Assembly (NCBI GenBank): GCA_951406725.2
Contig: OX597819.1
Location: forward strand, 29,760,001-29,824,000
Direction: 5' to 3'
DNA from: Octopus vulgaris
Lineage: Eukaryota
Length of the DNA stretch: 64,000 nucleotides
The notes under the pieces are model-generated. The model was not told the origin of the DNA. It saw only the letters and a list, made by a program, of their open reading frames with translations, and ran no database searches. Within the stretch, counting starts at the first letter, position 1. Each line of letters starts with the position of its first letter. Of the stretch, positions 42,148 through 55,530 are shown in pieces. The position numbers and the translations under genes are program-made.

Positions 42148-42514
42148 ACTCTTTTACTCTTTACTCTTTTACTTGTTTCAGTCATTTGACTGCGGCCATG
42201 CTGGAGCACCGCCTTTAATCGAGCAACTCGACCCCGGGACTTATTCTTTTGTAAGCCCAGTACTTATTCTATCGGTCTCTTTTGCCGAACCGCAAAGTAA
42301 CGGGGACATAAACACACCAGCATCGGTTGTCAAGCAATGCTAGGGGGACAAACACAGACACACAAACACCTTCTTTCAGTTTCCGTCTACCAAATCCACT
42401 CACAAGGCTTTGGTCGGCCCGAGGCTACAGTAGAAGACACTTGCCCAAGGTACCACGCAGTGGGACTGAACCCGGAACCTTGTGGTTGGTAAACAAGCTA
42501 CTTACCACACAGCC
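42148..42514 (-). mobile_element. Octopus-type SINE lacking the internal microsatellite
   Basis: Reverse complement of 36243-36672 with the central (TA/TG) tract missing. Confidence 0.9.
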
Positions 42515-42568
42515 GTACATATATACATATACACACACATATACACACATACACCCGCACACACACGC

Positions 42569-42626
<58 letters not shown>

Positions 42627-43142
42627 ACATATATATATATAAAGATAAACACTAAAACTATGATACCAGTCTTGTCCTGTAACTCGGAGTTTTCATATCA
42701 AAATAAAAGTTGAAGCTATTGATAAAATTAAAGCGATGTAACTGTTTTATTGATTTCCTAGTAATAAATAATATTTTTCACATTAAATGATGTTGATTTT
42801 AAGAGTGAATTAGGTGCTTTTTGAAGTATCTGATGCTGTTATTTTCGTTGTGGCTCGCAGTCTGTTAGCAATTTCCCCATTAGCAATTTTGCTCATTAAA
42901 TAAAACCACACTAACAAATAAATTCCACTGATAGTAAAAATCATTAAAAAAAAAAAAAAGAAAAATGTTGTTAAATTTCTGAATATATCAGATGAATTAA
43001 TTGAATTTATGCAATATGTTTTCTTTTCCGAAATAAACTTTCAAGTTTGCTTAAAACATTCTTTGCGTGAAAAAGCAAAATAATGTTTTGTGAATTAACG
43101 GAATATAATTATGTTTCAGAAAACATTTCTATACTTTTCTTA

Positions 43143-43189
43143 CATCATCGTCATTGTCGTCGTCATCACCATCATCATCATCGTCATCG

Positions 43190-43227
<38 letters not shown>

Positions 43228-43351
43228 GTCATCATCGTCATCATCGTCATCGTCATCATCATCATCGTCATCATCATCATCATCATCGTCATCATCGTCA
43301 TCGTCATCATCGTCATCGTCATCATCGTCATCGTCATCATCGTCATCGTCG

Positions 43352-43419
<68 letters not shown>

Positions 43420-43420
43420 G
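43143..43420. repeat. (CAT/CGT)n microsatellite
   Basis: Direct reading. Confidence 0.95.
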
Positions 43421-43488
43421 ACCGTCTCTTTTTCCATGCTGTATGTATTTATTGATGTATGTGTGTGTATGTATGTATGCATATACAT

Positions 43489-43538
<50 letters not shown>

Positions 43539-43543
<5 letters not shown>

Positions 43544-43960
43544 AGTTAAGTTAAGTTAAGTTAAGTTAATTTGTTGGCTCAAAAAGCAAAAAGCAAGGCC
43601 GTGTAGGGGGACATGTAGGGGGACAGGGAGGGTGGTCATACAAAGAGTTCAGGCCATTTCTGGTCAAGAGAGACTTTGAACCGAGCGGTCGTCGGCATCT
43701 TCACTATCTCGTCCGGCAGCTTATTCGACGGATCCGCAACCCGGACGGAGAAAGCCCCTCTCCTTCGATTGAGATGAAATCGTCGCAGATAGAGCTTTTC
43801 GGAGTGACCCCGCAGCCGACGCTCTGGAGCAGGAGTGAAGAACAGCTCTTTCGAGAGGTTACACTTTCCGCTTATGATGTTGTGAGCAAGAATGAGATCA
43901 CCACGGCGTCGTCGTTTTTCTAGAGAATAAAGGTCGAGCGTCTTCAGCCTTTCTTCATAT
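43539..43960 (-). mobile_element. 3' end of a CR1-clade LINE with (CTTAA)n tail
   Basis: YEERLKTLDLYSLEKRRRRGDLILAHNII..RLRGHSEKL..AFSVRV..NKLP..FKVSLD; tail reads (TTAAG)n on the plus strand. Confidence 0.85.
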
Positions 43961-44089
43961 ACATATATGCTTTAATTATTTTACATGTTTCAGCCTTAAA
44001 TCTCTGGCCATGTTGGAGCACCGCCAGTATACGTAAAGACGGACTAAATACTGCAATGCATTTTGCCCGGAGTGCTAACGATTCTGCCA

Positions 44090-44120
<31 letters not shown>

Positions 44121-44276
44121 TGTATGTATGTATATGTATGTATGTATAGTAAAAGTTTAGATTCAGATGAATATGGTACTTAAGTTGAGGCACCAGAATT
44201 TAGTACGGTATTATACATACAATTTCAAAGTAAGGTGATTAAAATCAAAATAAGCATCAAGGATACCCAGAGGTAA

Positions 44277-44372
44277 TGCAGTACGCTCGTTTCATGCAAC
44301 TCCATTAACTCCATTTACTTGAAAAACGCAATCATTACATCAATTTTAAATGTAGAGCAATCTTCAGCTGCA
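44277..44372 (-). ncRNA. Type I hammerhead motif with a ~60-nt helix II insertion, in a pLTR-like module (about 44148-44470)
   Basis: Minus strand TGCAG-CTGAAGA-tTGC...GCAt-GAAAC gagc GTA-CTGCA. Confidence 0.7.
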
Positions 44373-45639
44373 CAAAGACATAGAATTTAATTAAATTAGA
44401 GCAGATGGACACATTAGTTATGGAGATAGATAAAGAACATGTTGTCTCTAGTTCAGCATAGAAGTTACTAAAATTATGAAGGTCATCTTTTCCTTTCATA
44501 ATTTCGGTGTCAATAAAAATAAAAACCATTTGATTACTGGGATTTCTGGCCTTCAAAATTTCAAACTAATATTTTACCTGGTGAAATATAGAGAATTATC
44601 AAACAACAAACACTCCACTATGTATGCCAACCTTTCATTAAAGTTGATGTTTCTACCTCCTTCCATCTTTTAAAATGAAATGAAAAAATATTTTTATGTT
44701 AAATGCTTTAATAAATGTCGATCCATACTGAAAAGTTCCTGGCTTTGAGGGACCACTGCAATAAGTGTGGGAATCTGAGAGGGGAATATGTTGAATAAAG
44801 TCATAATTAACTGATCCGCCAGTATTTTCTTTTACCCAAAGCCAGGAATTTTTCAACAGCTCTTTGTACTCACCACATCTAACACACTTCATGAAAAGAG
44901 AGCGTAGTATTGCTTCGTCTTGAGTGTGATAAGTGATAAGTGGTAAATATACTATGCAAATATTTTCCTTACCCATGAGTCTGTTGGTAGGCCTACAGCA
45001 GCATTTTATTTTTTCAAATTGATGGCACCTAAGTTTATGATATTCTGATTTAATGCTACCAAGTTTGCACATTATGAATTTACACAAAATGTATGTAACG
45101 CGTTGAAATTCTTATCACTTGATTGACATGCAATATCTTAAGCTCTCAGAAATATATAACATCAGGATATAATCAAACCAAGTTCTACTCAGAAAATTTA
45201 GTCTTTAAATAGTATTACTGCAACATTCCATCAAAATATAGGATTCACTGAAAACTGAGCGATATAAAAAAAAAATTTAAAAAAAACAAAACAAAATTTT
45301 AATCGGTGTGAAACTGTTATACTGCATAACATATCATACTTGCCGTTTTAAAATTCTATAAGTTAGAATAACCCCCATACCACGTGGAATATATTCAGCT
45401 GAGATCCATTGTAACGATGTTTTAAGTTTTCTTATAAGTAAAATATTTCAACAAATAAACACCAAGAGATATACGAGTTTCATTTTTATAAATCCTTTTC
45501 TTTAGCATTCCTTTGATAAACCCACACGATGCATGCAGAGCATATCTTAATATCTTTGTGACAGAAAATTTATATTTTCCATTTACTCAGGACATTTATA
45601 TTTTCAATTTATTCATTCGAATTTTCTTGTGAAATAACC

Positions 45640-46073
45640 GGATCTTTTCGGTTTGAACGACAGTTTTTAACATAATTTCTAGGTAACTAAAAAATTTTAA
45701 ACTTCGTATACTGGTAGAATGTGTTTATAAAACATCTTTTTGTCTTGGCTTTATTGAGAAAATTCTATAGTTTGTAAAATATTTGTTGTTTTTTTTCTTT
45801 AATTTCTGCAATTTCAACCAATCACTGACGTCTATTGAGGTAAAAAAACATTCTGTGCCGTATAAATATGTCCATCGTTTAAGAAACAGATTGGGTTTAT
45901 TTACATTTGTGAAGAAAAAAAATACCCTTCCCCCACCCCTAACCCTAACCCTAATCCTAAACCTAACCGTAAAACAGATTGAAATGCAATAGATCGATAC
46001 TAGGGTCATAATTATGGGTGACAATTTCATATGACACCGCTAGAAAAAACTGCTGTTCAAATCGAAAAAATCC
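45640..46073. mobile_element. MITE with GG termini and 8-bp TSD (Merlin- or MULE-like), containing (CCCTAA)n
   Basis: GGATCTTTTCGGTTTGAACGACAGTTTTT / AAAAACTGCTGTTCAAATCGAAAAAATCC; TSD AAATAACC. Confidence 0.8.
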
Positions 46074-46675
46074 AAATAACCTAACAAAAATATACGAAGA
46101 AAGGTATTCCAAGGCATTTAACTTTATCAAAGATTTTATGATAATTTTGAAAGATTAAACTTAGGGATTATAGTTAGAACTATGTCGCTTCGTGTTCAAT
46201 CTAACTGTGCAGTACCTTGCGTAGGTAGCTTTTATCATAGCTTCAGGTCGACCAAAACTGAGTGGAAGTTGTGGAATAAAAAGGTGCGGAATCCTGTTGG
46301 AACGACCATTCCTGTATGGTGGTGGTGGTGGTGGTGGTGGTGGTGGTGATGGTGGTGGTGGTGGTGGTGGAAAGACTTAATCTATCGCAGTTTACTACTA
46401 TCTTGAGTACCTTTTATGGAATCTAACTTGTTACAATCATTCAGGTCAGGTTCCTAATCTGAGTTACCTCTCTTGTTTTACCTATATTGGAGATTACCAA
46501 AAGGGTCATGGAAGCTACCGTTTATCTTCTAAGTCATCAAAGCAGGAATGAGTCCATATTTTCCCTCAAGTTAGGCATTGCGTTATCCTTACGGAAAATC
46601 TATAGATAATTCATAATGCTTGTTTACAATTTGTTCACTGCTGTGCTTTTTGAATGAGAAAGCAATGGAAGATAT

Positions 46676-47492
46676 TGTTACGGACCACCCTCGCTCAGTC
46701 GAACGAAGAATTCGCCACACTGAGAGGACTCGGTGGGGATGGCAGTGGCGAACACGACAACCGGCGATCGGAGATATGACAACAACAACAACAGCAAGAG
46801 ATACAGACACAAGGAGAGACGGCGGAAGGCAATTAGCTACATTTAACAACAGTTTATACAAATATTACAACAAATACAATGTGATACATCAGGTACATCA
46901 AAGTAAATACAAGCAACAGAATCAACAGCATGCAGATGCAATATACAGTTCAGAGACAATAGTTCGAATCCAATTAAAACAAATAACGTTCATATTAACG
47001 ATACAGTTCAATACATTAGAGTCTTTCTCCTTCTTTCTCTTTAACAGTTCTTTCTTTTTCCTCTCTCCTTCTTTCTCTTTTTTTTTCAACACATTAATTC
47101 TTTTTCCTTCTTTTTTTCACATATCAAAACATAATTAAACACATACCGTCAACAACAGCCAAGTGCCCTCATACCGTAGTCCCTCTCTCTTAGCTCTGTA
47201 ATACTCTCTGCCTGTCTTCCTCTTTCACATTCTCTATCATTCTCTCGCCCGTCAGCTCCTCAGATTCCCTGTCTCTCGTATCAGTCCCGTTTCTTCTAGA
47301 GTTCCCGGCCGACTGTGTTTACAGCTCACAGTTCCTCCTTTTCAAGGAGTGTTTTTCAACGAACTCTCTTTCACCTGTAAGGGGTCGCAGGCCTCCCCAG
47401 AACTAATCAATCCACCTGAATCTGACAGGACAATGGATTTATTCCAAAAGTAGGTCGCAACCAACTGTCCTTAAATTGAACCATTCATAACA
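46676..47492. mobile_element. Solo LTR (Gypsy-like)
   Basis: TGTTA...TAACA termini, 4-bp TSD ATAT, compositionally distinct non-coding interior. Confidence 0.7.
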
Positions 47493-48369
47493 ATATTAAT
47501 AATTCTGAACGTTTTCTAGTCATGTCTAAAAAATATTAATAAAACTATGTCAAGTAACTAAAACGAGGTTAACTAAATAGAGAAAAGAAGCATTTAATGA
47601 TGGTATGTAAGTAATAAATTTAAATATTTAGTTTTGCAGTGCAGATTTGAACTGAGAACATTGTAAATTTGATACCTACTGCCATTCTCCTGCCAATTCT
47701 AATTTCCCGTCCTCGTGCCTCTCTGACCCAACCTTTCTATGTCCGTAAAACATTGATTTCTAGATTAATCATAAGTTCCCTATTTGAATGAATCGACACC
47801 CAAAGTGTGAGACTGGTACTTATTTCATTGAATTCTATTATCAGGTTTAATCCACACTATAGACGAATATAATTAAAGACTGTCTGGTTATTAGCCTGGT
47901 TATTACACTTTCTAGCACTCCTTGTTCTTTTTATGGTACCAAACATTTAATGTCGATTATTTCATACTGATTCAACTGTAAAATGCCATTTTTAAAACCC
48001 TTTGACTGCATACTTAAATTTCATTGTCATTTCCGTAAAGATGTTAATTATCAAAAAAAAAAAAAAAGATTCAATTGATATTCTCAGCTTCTGCATAACT
48101 TTTTCAATACCTCCTTGAGGTACGGTTTACATACGCACCACTAAAAGTATTTGATTCCTGCTCTGTAAAGAGATATTTGATGAAATATGTGAGAAATTTA
48201 AGAAAATCTGAAAAATTGTCTTTTGTAAACAGTATCTCAGGGGTGTCTCCCATTTTGAAAGATGCTTTCAAAGCTATGGGGTAAAGCTGCTTTCCACAAT
48301 TAACGCTAATAAAATTTTGAGCAGGTGTAACCACTTTCTGCGTTCAAAGAATTAAACTTATTCAACTGA

Positions 48370-48700
48370 TTGGCAAGAAGTTGCACGCCAGCATGTTCCA
48401 GCCTATTACGTACCGCATGTCTCCACATTGTCTTTTCTACAGATACTATACAGGCCTCTGCTCCTCAGAAGTAGATAGTCTTATAACACCTCCATTCTCA
48501 CTTGACTCACTCGTTTCCTGTTATCACCCGTATATTCTACCCCCCCCCCCCATCCCCGTAGGTTCTGTGTTGAGTAGCAAGACTAATCCTTCTACCCCTA
48601 ATGGTCTGCAAAGGTGGTGGCCTCATTCTCTTCCTTCTCAGCAGGCCTATGAAGTACATGGGCCCACTCACATCCTCCACACCAAGTCTGCGACATGCGC
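48370..48700 (+). mobile_element. Degraded LINE 3' end (Jockey/I-group-like)
   Basis: FQPITYR..CLFYRYYTGLCSSEV resembles the RT C-terminal tail of these LINEs. Confidence 0.55.
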
Positions 48701-50638
48701 ATAGCCAATTCATCAAAATCAAGCCTGCAAAGGATACGGACACAGCCACTACCACAACACAAAGCCAATAAAAATACACAAGAAGATATTTTCACTTCAA
48801 AAATAAGAAATATTGGTTTATTTTGTGAAGCAAAATACCTTAGATTTAAAATGTTTAATGAAAATTCTTGGTACTCGTGCATAAATATATCTTTTGCTAA
48901 ACTTCAATGAAACCTATAAATTTTCAATGACTAAACAAATATTGCTTCCTCTTCAAATGTAATGATCCATAATATAAGCACAACATGGCTATAATATAAT
49001 CATCCATCTTATTTTTATTACTTGCTTATCGTAGTCGGTTATAATATATTAGATATATGCTTTATTTTTGTATGTATAGCCACAATAAATCAACTAGTTT
49101 GTAAAAAATATATTTATCAGCCTTAATTTCAATTCCCTTCCAAAAAGTTATCTAGCAAAGTCTGCAGTTTATAAAATTTTCATTTATTTTTCTATGTGCA
49201 AAAAAAAATTTTCTTCTGTATTTTTTTACGAAGATTTATCGTGTATTTTCATTTTGTATCTTCAAATGTATCGTATAATTAGGGAAATGAAACAATTTTA
49301 ATACATTTTAAAACTAATACGATGTTCCTTATCCATTATTTACGATATTTCAGAAATACTTTAATTTACTTTTTCTCAGCAATTCGCAATATCAAGTATA
49401 TGATAATTTCAGTTGGGGTATTTATCATACAACTTGAATTTCCCGATGTGTTCAGAAAGCGTTGTGGCAGTTGAAATATAGTTGCTTAAGCAAAACTACA
49501 AGGTAATTATTTCTATGAGCTTAAAAGCTAATCTCACATTAACTCATTCAATTATTGTTTAAAAATATGTAAAACAGAAAAACAGATTACAGTTCTATTT
49601 GCTTTTAGTATCAGCGAACAATTTGTAAGTATAGTCAAATATATTATTTAAATTTATACGAAGAGTAGAAAAATTCAATTACATGTTTTCAACATGTTAA
49701 ATTCAAATGAAAGATTATTTAGTAAAGATTAATGAGTCATGAAGCAAATAGCAAATTTTGTAGATCAGACATATACATGAAAGCTAGATCGATAATGGCC
49801 TTTCAAAACAATTTTAAAACGTTGCGTTTTCAAATAATATCTACTGAGGAGAAAACTAACACCATATGATTGAGAAATTATAGTTTTAACGAGACTACGT
49901 TAAATCCAAAATAAAGTTTAGATAAACTGTTAAACAAGTGTCTGAAACTGGAGGGGAACTTTCTCAAGACTCCCTGCTAAGTGTCTGCATTGGTTCCAAG
50001 AAAATAGGAAATAAAACTATGTAATCCTCTAGAAATAACATCCAGATTAATGACCATACAAAATAGATGTTGTATGTCATAGTTTTATATACTGAATCAG
50101 TCTTTAGAAAACATTCTCTCAGTAATAATTGACTTTTCCCTTGAAATTTTTATTCTGTATGCGAGCTTTATATCTGATAGAAGTAGGTATTATTTAAGCG
50201 TAGAAAATGCATTTCTTCAGGAAGTTTTATGCCTAACATTACTTGATGATATGCAAAATAGTCATTCCTTGGGGCAGTTATGTATAAACATAAATCAGTT
50301 CGTGTATAAGTGTAAACCAATTGAACGTGTCTTTGTGGTTATCAACATATCGTATCCATTTTATTTACATCTAAAATATGAATCATGTTTTATTTAAAAC
50401 AGATGTTGGCTTGTTCTAAAAGAAATTAACGGCTTTCAAGCTTTATGGTTTTTTTTCATTAGAAACCGGATATTTGTTCCTTGGAGAGAAATGAAAATTG
50501 TGAGAATAATACGGCAGAAAAGTTCGCAATTTTATAAGAATTTTATGTCTTTGTATTTCGTTACAATTTATTAATGATTCTTGAGACGGTTTTAACGAAG
50601 AGCAAAGGGGGAAAGCTTGTTAATTTATGAGTATATTA

Positions 50639-51502
50639 TATTGTGTTGGATCAAAATTTTGTAATATTTTGATTATTGATTGTTTTATTTGTCAAATTAC
50701 AACAAAAGCAGCCCAGTATTCAAAGTAGAGGCCATTGTGTTATACCGTCTGAAGCCATCGTTCTGCCAGTTCTTTGATCTCACTTAATTAACAATTTTTG
50801 TTCTCCGAGGCGAAGAACTCTTTCACTGTAGCTACCATCTCCTCTTGGTTGATGAAGCGTCGCGAGCGCAGGAAGTGAGCCATGGGTTGGAACTAGTAAT
50901 AATCCAAGGGTGCTTTTTCCGCAATCTTAACGTGCGTTAGTAGTGGCTAAACAAGGGCCAGCTTTAGGAATCTGTCACCAAATATGGGCGTTTCGAACAC
51001 AAGATAATGCTCTGTGTCTGGTGGAATTATGAGATAATTCACTACGAGATCGTTCCCGATAATCGAACCATCGATGCCAACCTTTACTTCAAATAGTTAG
51101 AGCAGATGTATGCCATTGTGTGGCAAAATACCCGACATTGGTTAACAGAAACCAAGTTCGTTTGAGGTAAAACAACATAACACTCAAACAACCTGAAATA
51201 AACTCCAGGAACTTGAGGTAATGGAACTGATGACACACCTTGCATATAGTCCAGGGCAAGTTCCCTCGAATTATTACTTGTTCCGATCCATGGCTCACTT
51301 CCTGTATTCGCTACGCTTCATAAACCCAGACGAGGTGAGTGCTTCAGTGAATGAATTTTTCATCTCGAAACTGGTATCAGAATGGGATCAAAGTATTGGC
51401 AGAAAGTTGGCTTCAACCGGCGCAACATGGTGGCCTCTACTTTGAATGTTCGGCTGCTTTTATTGTAACAAAATATTGCAAAACTTATGACTCAACACAA
51501 TA
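50639..51502. mobile_element. Mariner relic made of two oppositely oriented 3' ends
   Basis: Termini TATTGTGTTGGATCAAAATTTTG / CAAAACTTATGACTCAACACAATA. Plus strand HLAYSPGQVPSNYYLFRSMAHFL; the same region appears inverted at 50700-50910. Confidence 0.7.
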
Positions 51503-52234
51503 ACAATTTAGAGTCGTTCTATACTGTGGATGCGGAAAGATCCCGATTACAGGATGTAATCTTAAAACTGTGACTGTTATGAAGGAGTGATATCTACTAT
51601 ATCTAACACATTCTAATTCATATTCAATGAATATAAATTAGAATGTGTTAGATATGATAGATGAGGCTATATCTTCATAGGCAGTTCCTTACATGCAAAT
51701 TAATCGTTGTAAACATGTTAAGTTTACTCTTTGGTCGCAAACTATTCCTGTGTTTACAGATCTACAATCTGTTTTGGAAGACTCATTAAATGTGTATACA
51801 TACTGCCCAAATGGGTAGATGGAAAAAAGGACTGTAAAAACCATTTCGATAAATCGATTGATCCACTACAGTTCTGCTTTCAAATACTCATCTGTTCACT
51901 TGTTTTCTTTAACTTCTAATGACATCAACCTTACCAGTCTACGAAGGCCGGTGAAGGACAAGGGAAATGCTTCCTTTCCAGACCAGGCAAGTGGTAGTAG
52001 TAGCAGTAGTAGTAGTAGTTGTTGTAGCAGTAGTAGTAATCATAATAATAATAAACTTTTTCATTTTTCTTTTCTTTCTTTTTCCTTTGTCTCTTTCTTA
52101 TTTTTCTATCACATAACTTTGTAAATGAACAATTTGGTGCCTTTATTTTAATGAGCGACCAATGTATACAGTGAGTTTCTTTGCCCTAAGTGTCGGGAAA
52201 TGGAAACAAATTTAAAAGATGATGATAATGATAA

Positions 52235-52560
52235 TAAAGGAGATACTCTCAAAATACAAAGATCTGGAAACAGATAATTCGAATGTGGAGCCTAAAAACA
52301 GAAACAGTCCCTAAATAATAGGTGCACTAGGTCCGATTAAAAAGCATACAGACAAATATATAACCAAAACAACAGGACTTCCGAATGTATATAACATACA
52401 GAAAATAGCACTTCTAGGCACCGCACGCATCCTACGTAAAACATTTTCAATACAATAAAAATACCAATACCGAAACAAAACACAGCACATACCCAGAGCA
52501 CAGAGCTGCGCTCGGTAGTGTAGTGAAAGTACGTGATGAAGAAATAAGACTACTAAATAC
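52235..52560 (+). mobile_element. 3' end of an RLE-type LINE (R4/Dong-like)
   Basis: KYKDLE..RMWSLKTETVP.IIGALG..IQKIALLGTARILRK. Confidence 0.75.
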
Positions 52561-52569
52561 CATATGAAG

Positions 52570-53440
52570 TAACAGAGAACTGGTATGAGCATGTACCGAG
52601 TAAAGTTATGCAGGAAGATGGAAAAGTAACGATACTCTGGATTTATGATTTTCAGACGGATCGTGTAATCCATAGGTTCTTAAAGTGGGCGTTACCCCCT
52701 CCTCCCAGTGGGTGTTGAGACGGTTCAGGTGGGCGCTGGTACCTAAGGGAGAGGTGAAGCGGGGGCGGTAGATAAAATAGAGGTGTTGGGAGGAAGGTAG
52801 GGAAATGGGGGAAGCTATGAATTTATTATAATATTATTATAGTATTGTATACAAATTATATGTTATATTAAATATCAAATGATTCATAGTATAAATAAAT
52901 TACTCAAATATGAAATATTTATCTATACATAAAATAATGGTGGGGGGCGTTGAGGGTATTATGTGGCCATGAGTGGGGCAATGGCCCAAATAGTTTGAGA
53001 ACTTCTGGTATAATCAAACACCGGCGGCCGGAGATTGTCATATTGAATAAGAGAGACAAATACTGTCAGATCATTGATGTAGCCATACCAAATGACATGA
53101 ATCTTGTGAGCAAAGAGGTTGAAAGATTCAGCAATTGGGAAAAAATCACGAATTTGAAGTGGAAATGGCAAGACTGTATGGAATGCGAGAAGGTAATATA
53201 AAAGTGAAACCAGTGATGATCGGAGTGTTGGGCTCAATTCCATTGAAACTTAAGCACTTCTTAAGGCAACAGGAAATCCCATGCAAGAGTGATGTCTTAC
53301 AAAAAGTAGCCTTATTGGGCACAGCGCACATCTTAAGGGAAGCATTATCTGTCTGAGGTCTTTGTTGTGACTTGACAGATGACTAAAGACTCCGGTGCCT
53401 TTTTTACCTACACTGTGTTACGAAGGAATAATAATAATGA
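52570..53440 (+). mobile_element. Second RLE-type LINE 3' end (R4/Dong-like), split by a hAT MITE, ending in (TAA)/(TGA)n
   Basis: WYEHVP..TILW..FQTDRVI|KHRRPEIV..IIDVAIPND..VKPVMIGVLG..LQKVALLGTAHILR. Confidence 0.8.
52671..53007. mobile_element. hAT MITE
   Basis: CATAGGTTCTTAAA / TTTGAGAACTTCTG; 8-bp TSD GTGTAATC / GTATAATC. Confidence 0.75.
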
Positions 53441-53455
53441 TGACGATGATGATGA

Positions 53456-53486
<31 letters not shown>

Positions 53487-53918
53487 TGGTTTGTGATCTT
53501 AACTGAGTGGAAGTGTTATCATGTACGCGTTTTGTCTTGGTATAAAATATGGGCTACAGTAAATATTCTCCTCAATACCAGACTTACTTGTCAGTTGTTT
53601 TCCCCTAACCAGCCGAGCATGCATGTCCCTTAGTGGCTGACGATATGTGCAACTCTGCAGGGACCTCGTTTGCCTTAAAAATTTGAGGGGGACAAACCAA
53701 CATTTGTTGATTCTTAAAGGAGCATGTTAGTACTGCTTATGGTGCCTTTCCCAGACCGTCTTACATAAGTAAAATTGTACGCTAATTATATTTTATATAT
53801 TCAAATGAAGTTCAGATATAAATAAATAAACTTAAAAAGAATGTATTTATTAAATCGAATAAAAAAAAATAAAACATAGACGCTTGACTAAAAATATAAA
53901 AAGTAAATATATTGCCTT

Positions 53919-55170
53919 TTAGAACATCCCAAATGTATTATATCTTGTATCATTGATGTCAATAAATAATTTAGCAAATTCTTCACAGCAAATTTTTTTC
54001 AAAACATCTCTGTGAATGTAGCATATTAGAATATAATTCAATCTTTGCTGAGTCATGGTCGATCGCTGCCAAGTTTTGAGTCTCCGCCGTGCACTAAAAG
54101 ATCTTTCAGCTTCACAAGAACTGGTTGGAAACACTAAAAGTAGCCTGAGCAATCGCTCAACATTTCGAAACATGCGACGGACTTCTGGTCGCATTTCACT
54201 GAATATTTTACCATGATCCCCAAGAGATGATTCACTATGATGATTTCTATAAAAAGTATTTCGTCCCTTAAAGAAAACTCATCAAGTTCTGGTTACTGCA
54301 TGATCACTTCAGCACAAAATTTCCATTAAGTAAAATATTGCTGTTTTTCGTAATCTGCTAAATCCTGTAAAAAAAAAAAAGCTTTCAAATTTGCTATTGC
54401 AGTATCCACTATTTGAAAATACTGAACTCTGTAATGATCCAAAACTTCAGTGTAAATATTTTAATGCATTTCCTTCATAGCATCTTCTAGGAACTTTTCG
54501 TTGCCTGGGTAACTCCAAAGGAGAAATATCAAGTTGATAAATCCTTTTTTCTGCTGTATTGAACAGCTCCTGAAATGATTCTTCACTGCATAGCTTATTT
54601 TAGCTCTTCCTGCACCAGTTTGACACTATGCAACATGCTACCTAGATAGACGATTGTACTTTGAAAAGATTTATTAAATCCTTGAACACATTGGCCTGTA
54701 TAGAGACACGTAAGAATACCATTAGCTCTGGATGCAACGTCGATACCAAGCTCATTTATTACCCCTTGTAAAAAAATGGGGACATCTGAATAATTTACAT
54801 GAAGGGCTTTGACTAGAGAAAGTCGTGTTAGCCACGAGTGGGGCACACAGGTTTTAAGGAGTATGGTGACGATACTTCATTTTCTTCATCATGTTGTGAT
54901 AAATACGCATGCTTAAATTTCCCTGATGTACTATATAGTTTCCCCAATTCATTCACGTAATCGAGAGCATTTTTGGTGAATGAAGCTTGTTGAAAGGACT
55001 TAGCTATAATAAGCTGAGAAATATGAGCGCTGCAGTGCACAAAGTGGGCCAGAGGCTGAACCTTTTTTTTTTATTCCTGCTAGACAAAAAAGATGTTTAC
55101 CTGCCATATTAGCTGCACCATTATGTCTGGCATTCGAAGACGAGCTTTTCAAGCTCATCAAGTACCAACG
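53919..55170 (-). pseudogene. hAT transposase (ZMYM1/Tip100-like), frameshifted
   Basis: GAANMAG, VHCSAH, LKPVCPTRW, and hATC domain LLLVFPTSSCEAERSFSARRRLKTWQRSTMTQQRLNYILICYIH. Confidence 0.85.
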
Positions 55171-55189
55171 CCGGCTTGTGTGTGCATAT

Positions 55190-55530
55190 ATGTTTGAGTA
55201 TGTATGTATATATGTATGTATGTATGTGTGTATGTGTGTGTGTGTGTGTGCATGCATTTGTGTGTATGTATGTGTGTGTGTGTGCATGCATTTGTGTGTA
55301 TGTATGTGTGTATGTGTACATGCATTTGTGTGTATGTATGTATGTATGTGTGCATGCATTTGTGTGTATGTATGTATGTGTGCATGCATTTGTGTGTATG
55401 TTTGTATGTATGTGTGCATGCATTTGTGTGTATGTATGTATGTATGTATGTGTGCATGCATTTGTGTGTATGTTTGTATGTATGTGTGCATGCATTTGTG
55501 TGTATGTTTGTATGTATGTATGCATGTATG
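55190..55530. repeat. Minisatellite of about 26-34 bp (GTGCATGCATTTGTGTGTATGT...) built from microsatellite, about 10 copies
   Basis: Regularly recurring GCATGCATTTGTGTG core. Confidence 0.85.

Noticed and set aside
43083-43544. Poly-His / poly-Asp / poly-Ser ORFs
   Set aside because: A (CAT/CGT)n repeat open in all frames; no coding evidence.
48670-48840. Hydrophobic TM-like minus-strand ORF as a first exon
   Set aside because: It starts at GTG shortly after an in-frame stop, and its donor lies within the LINE-relic tail.
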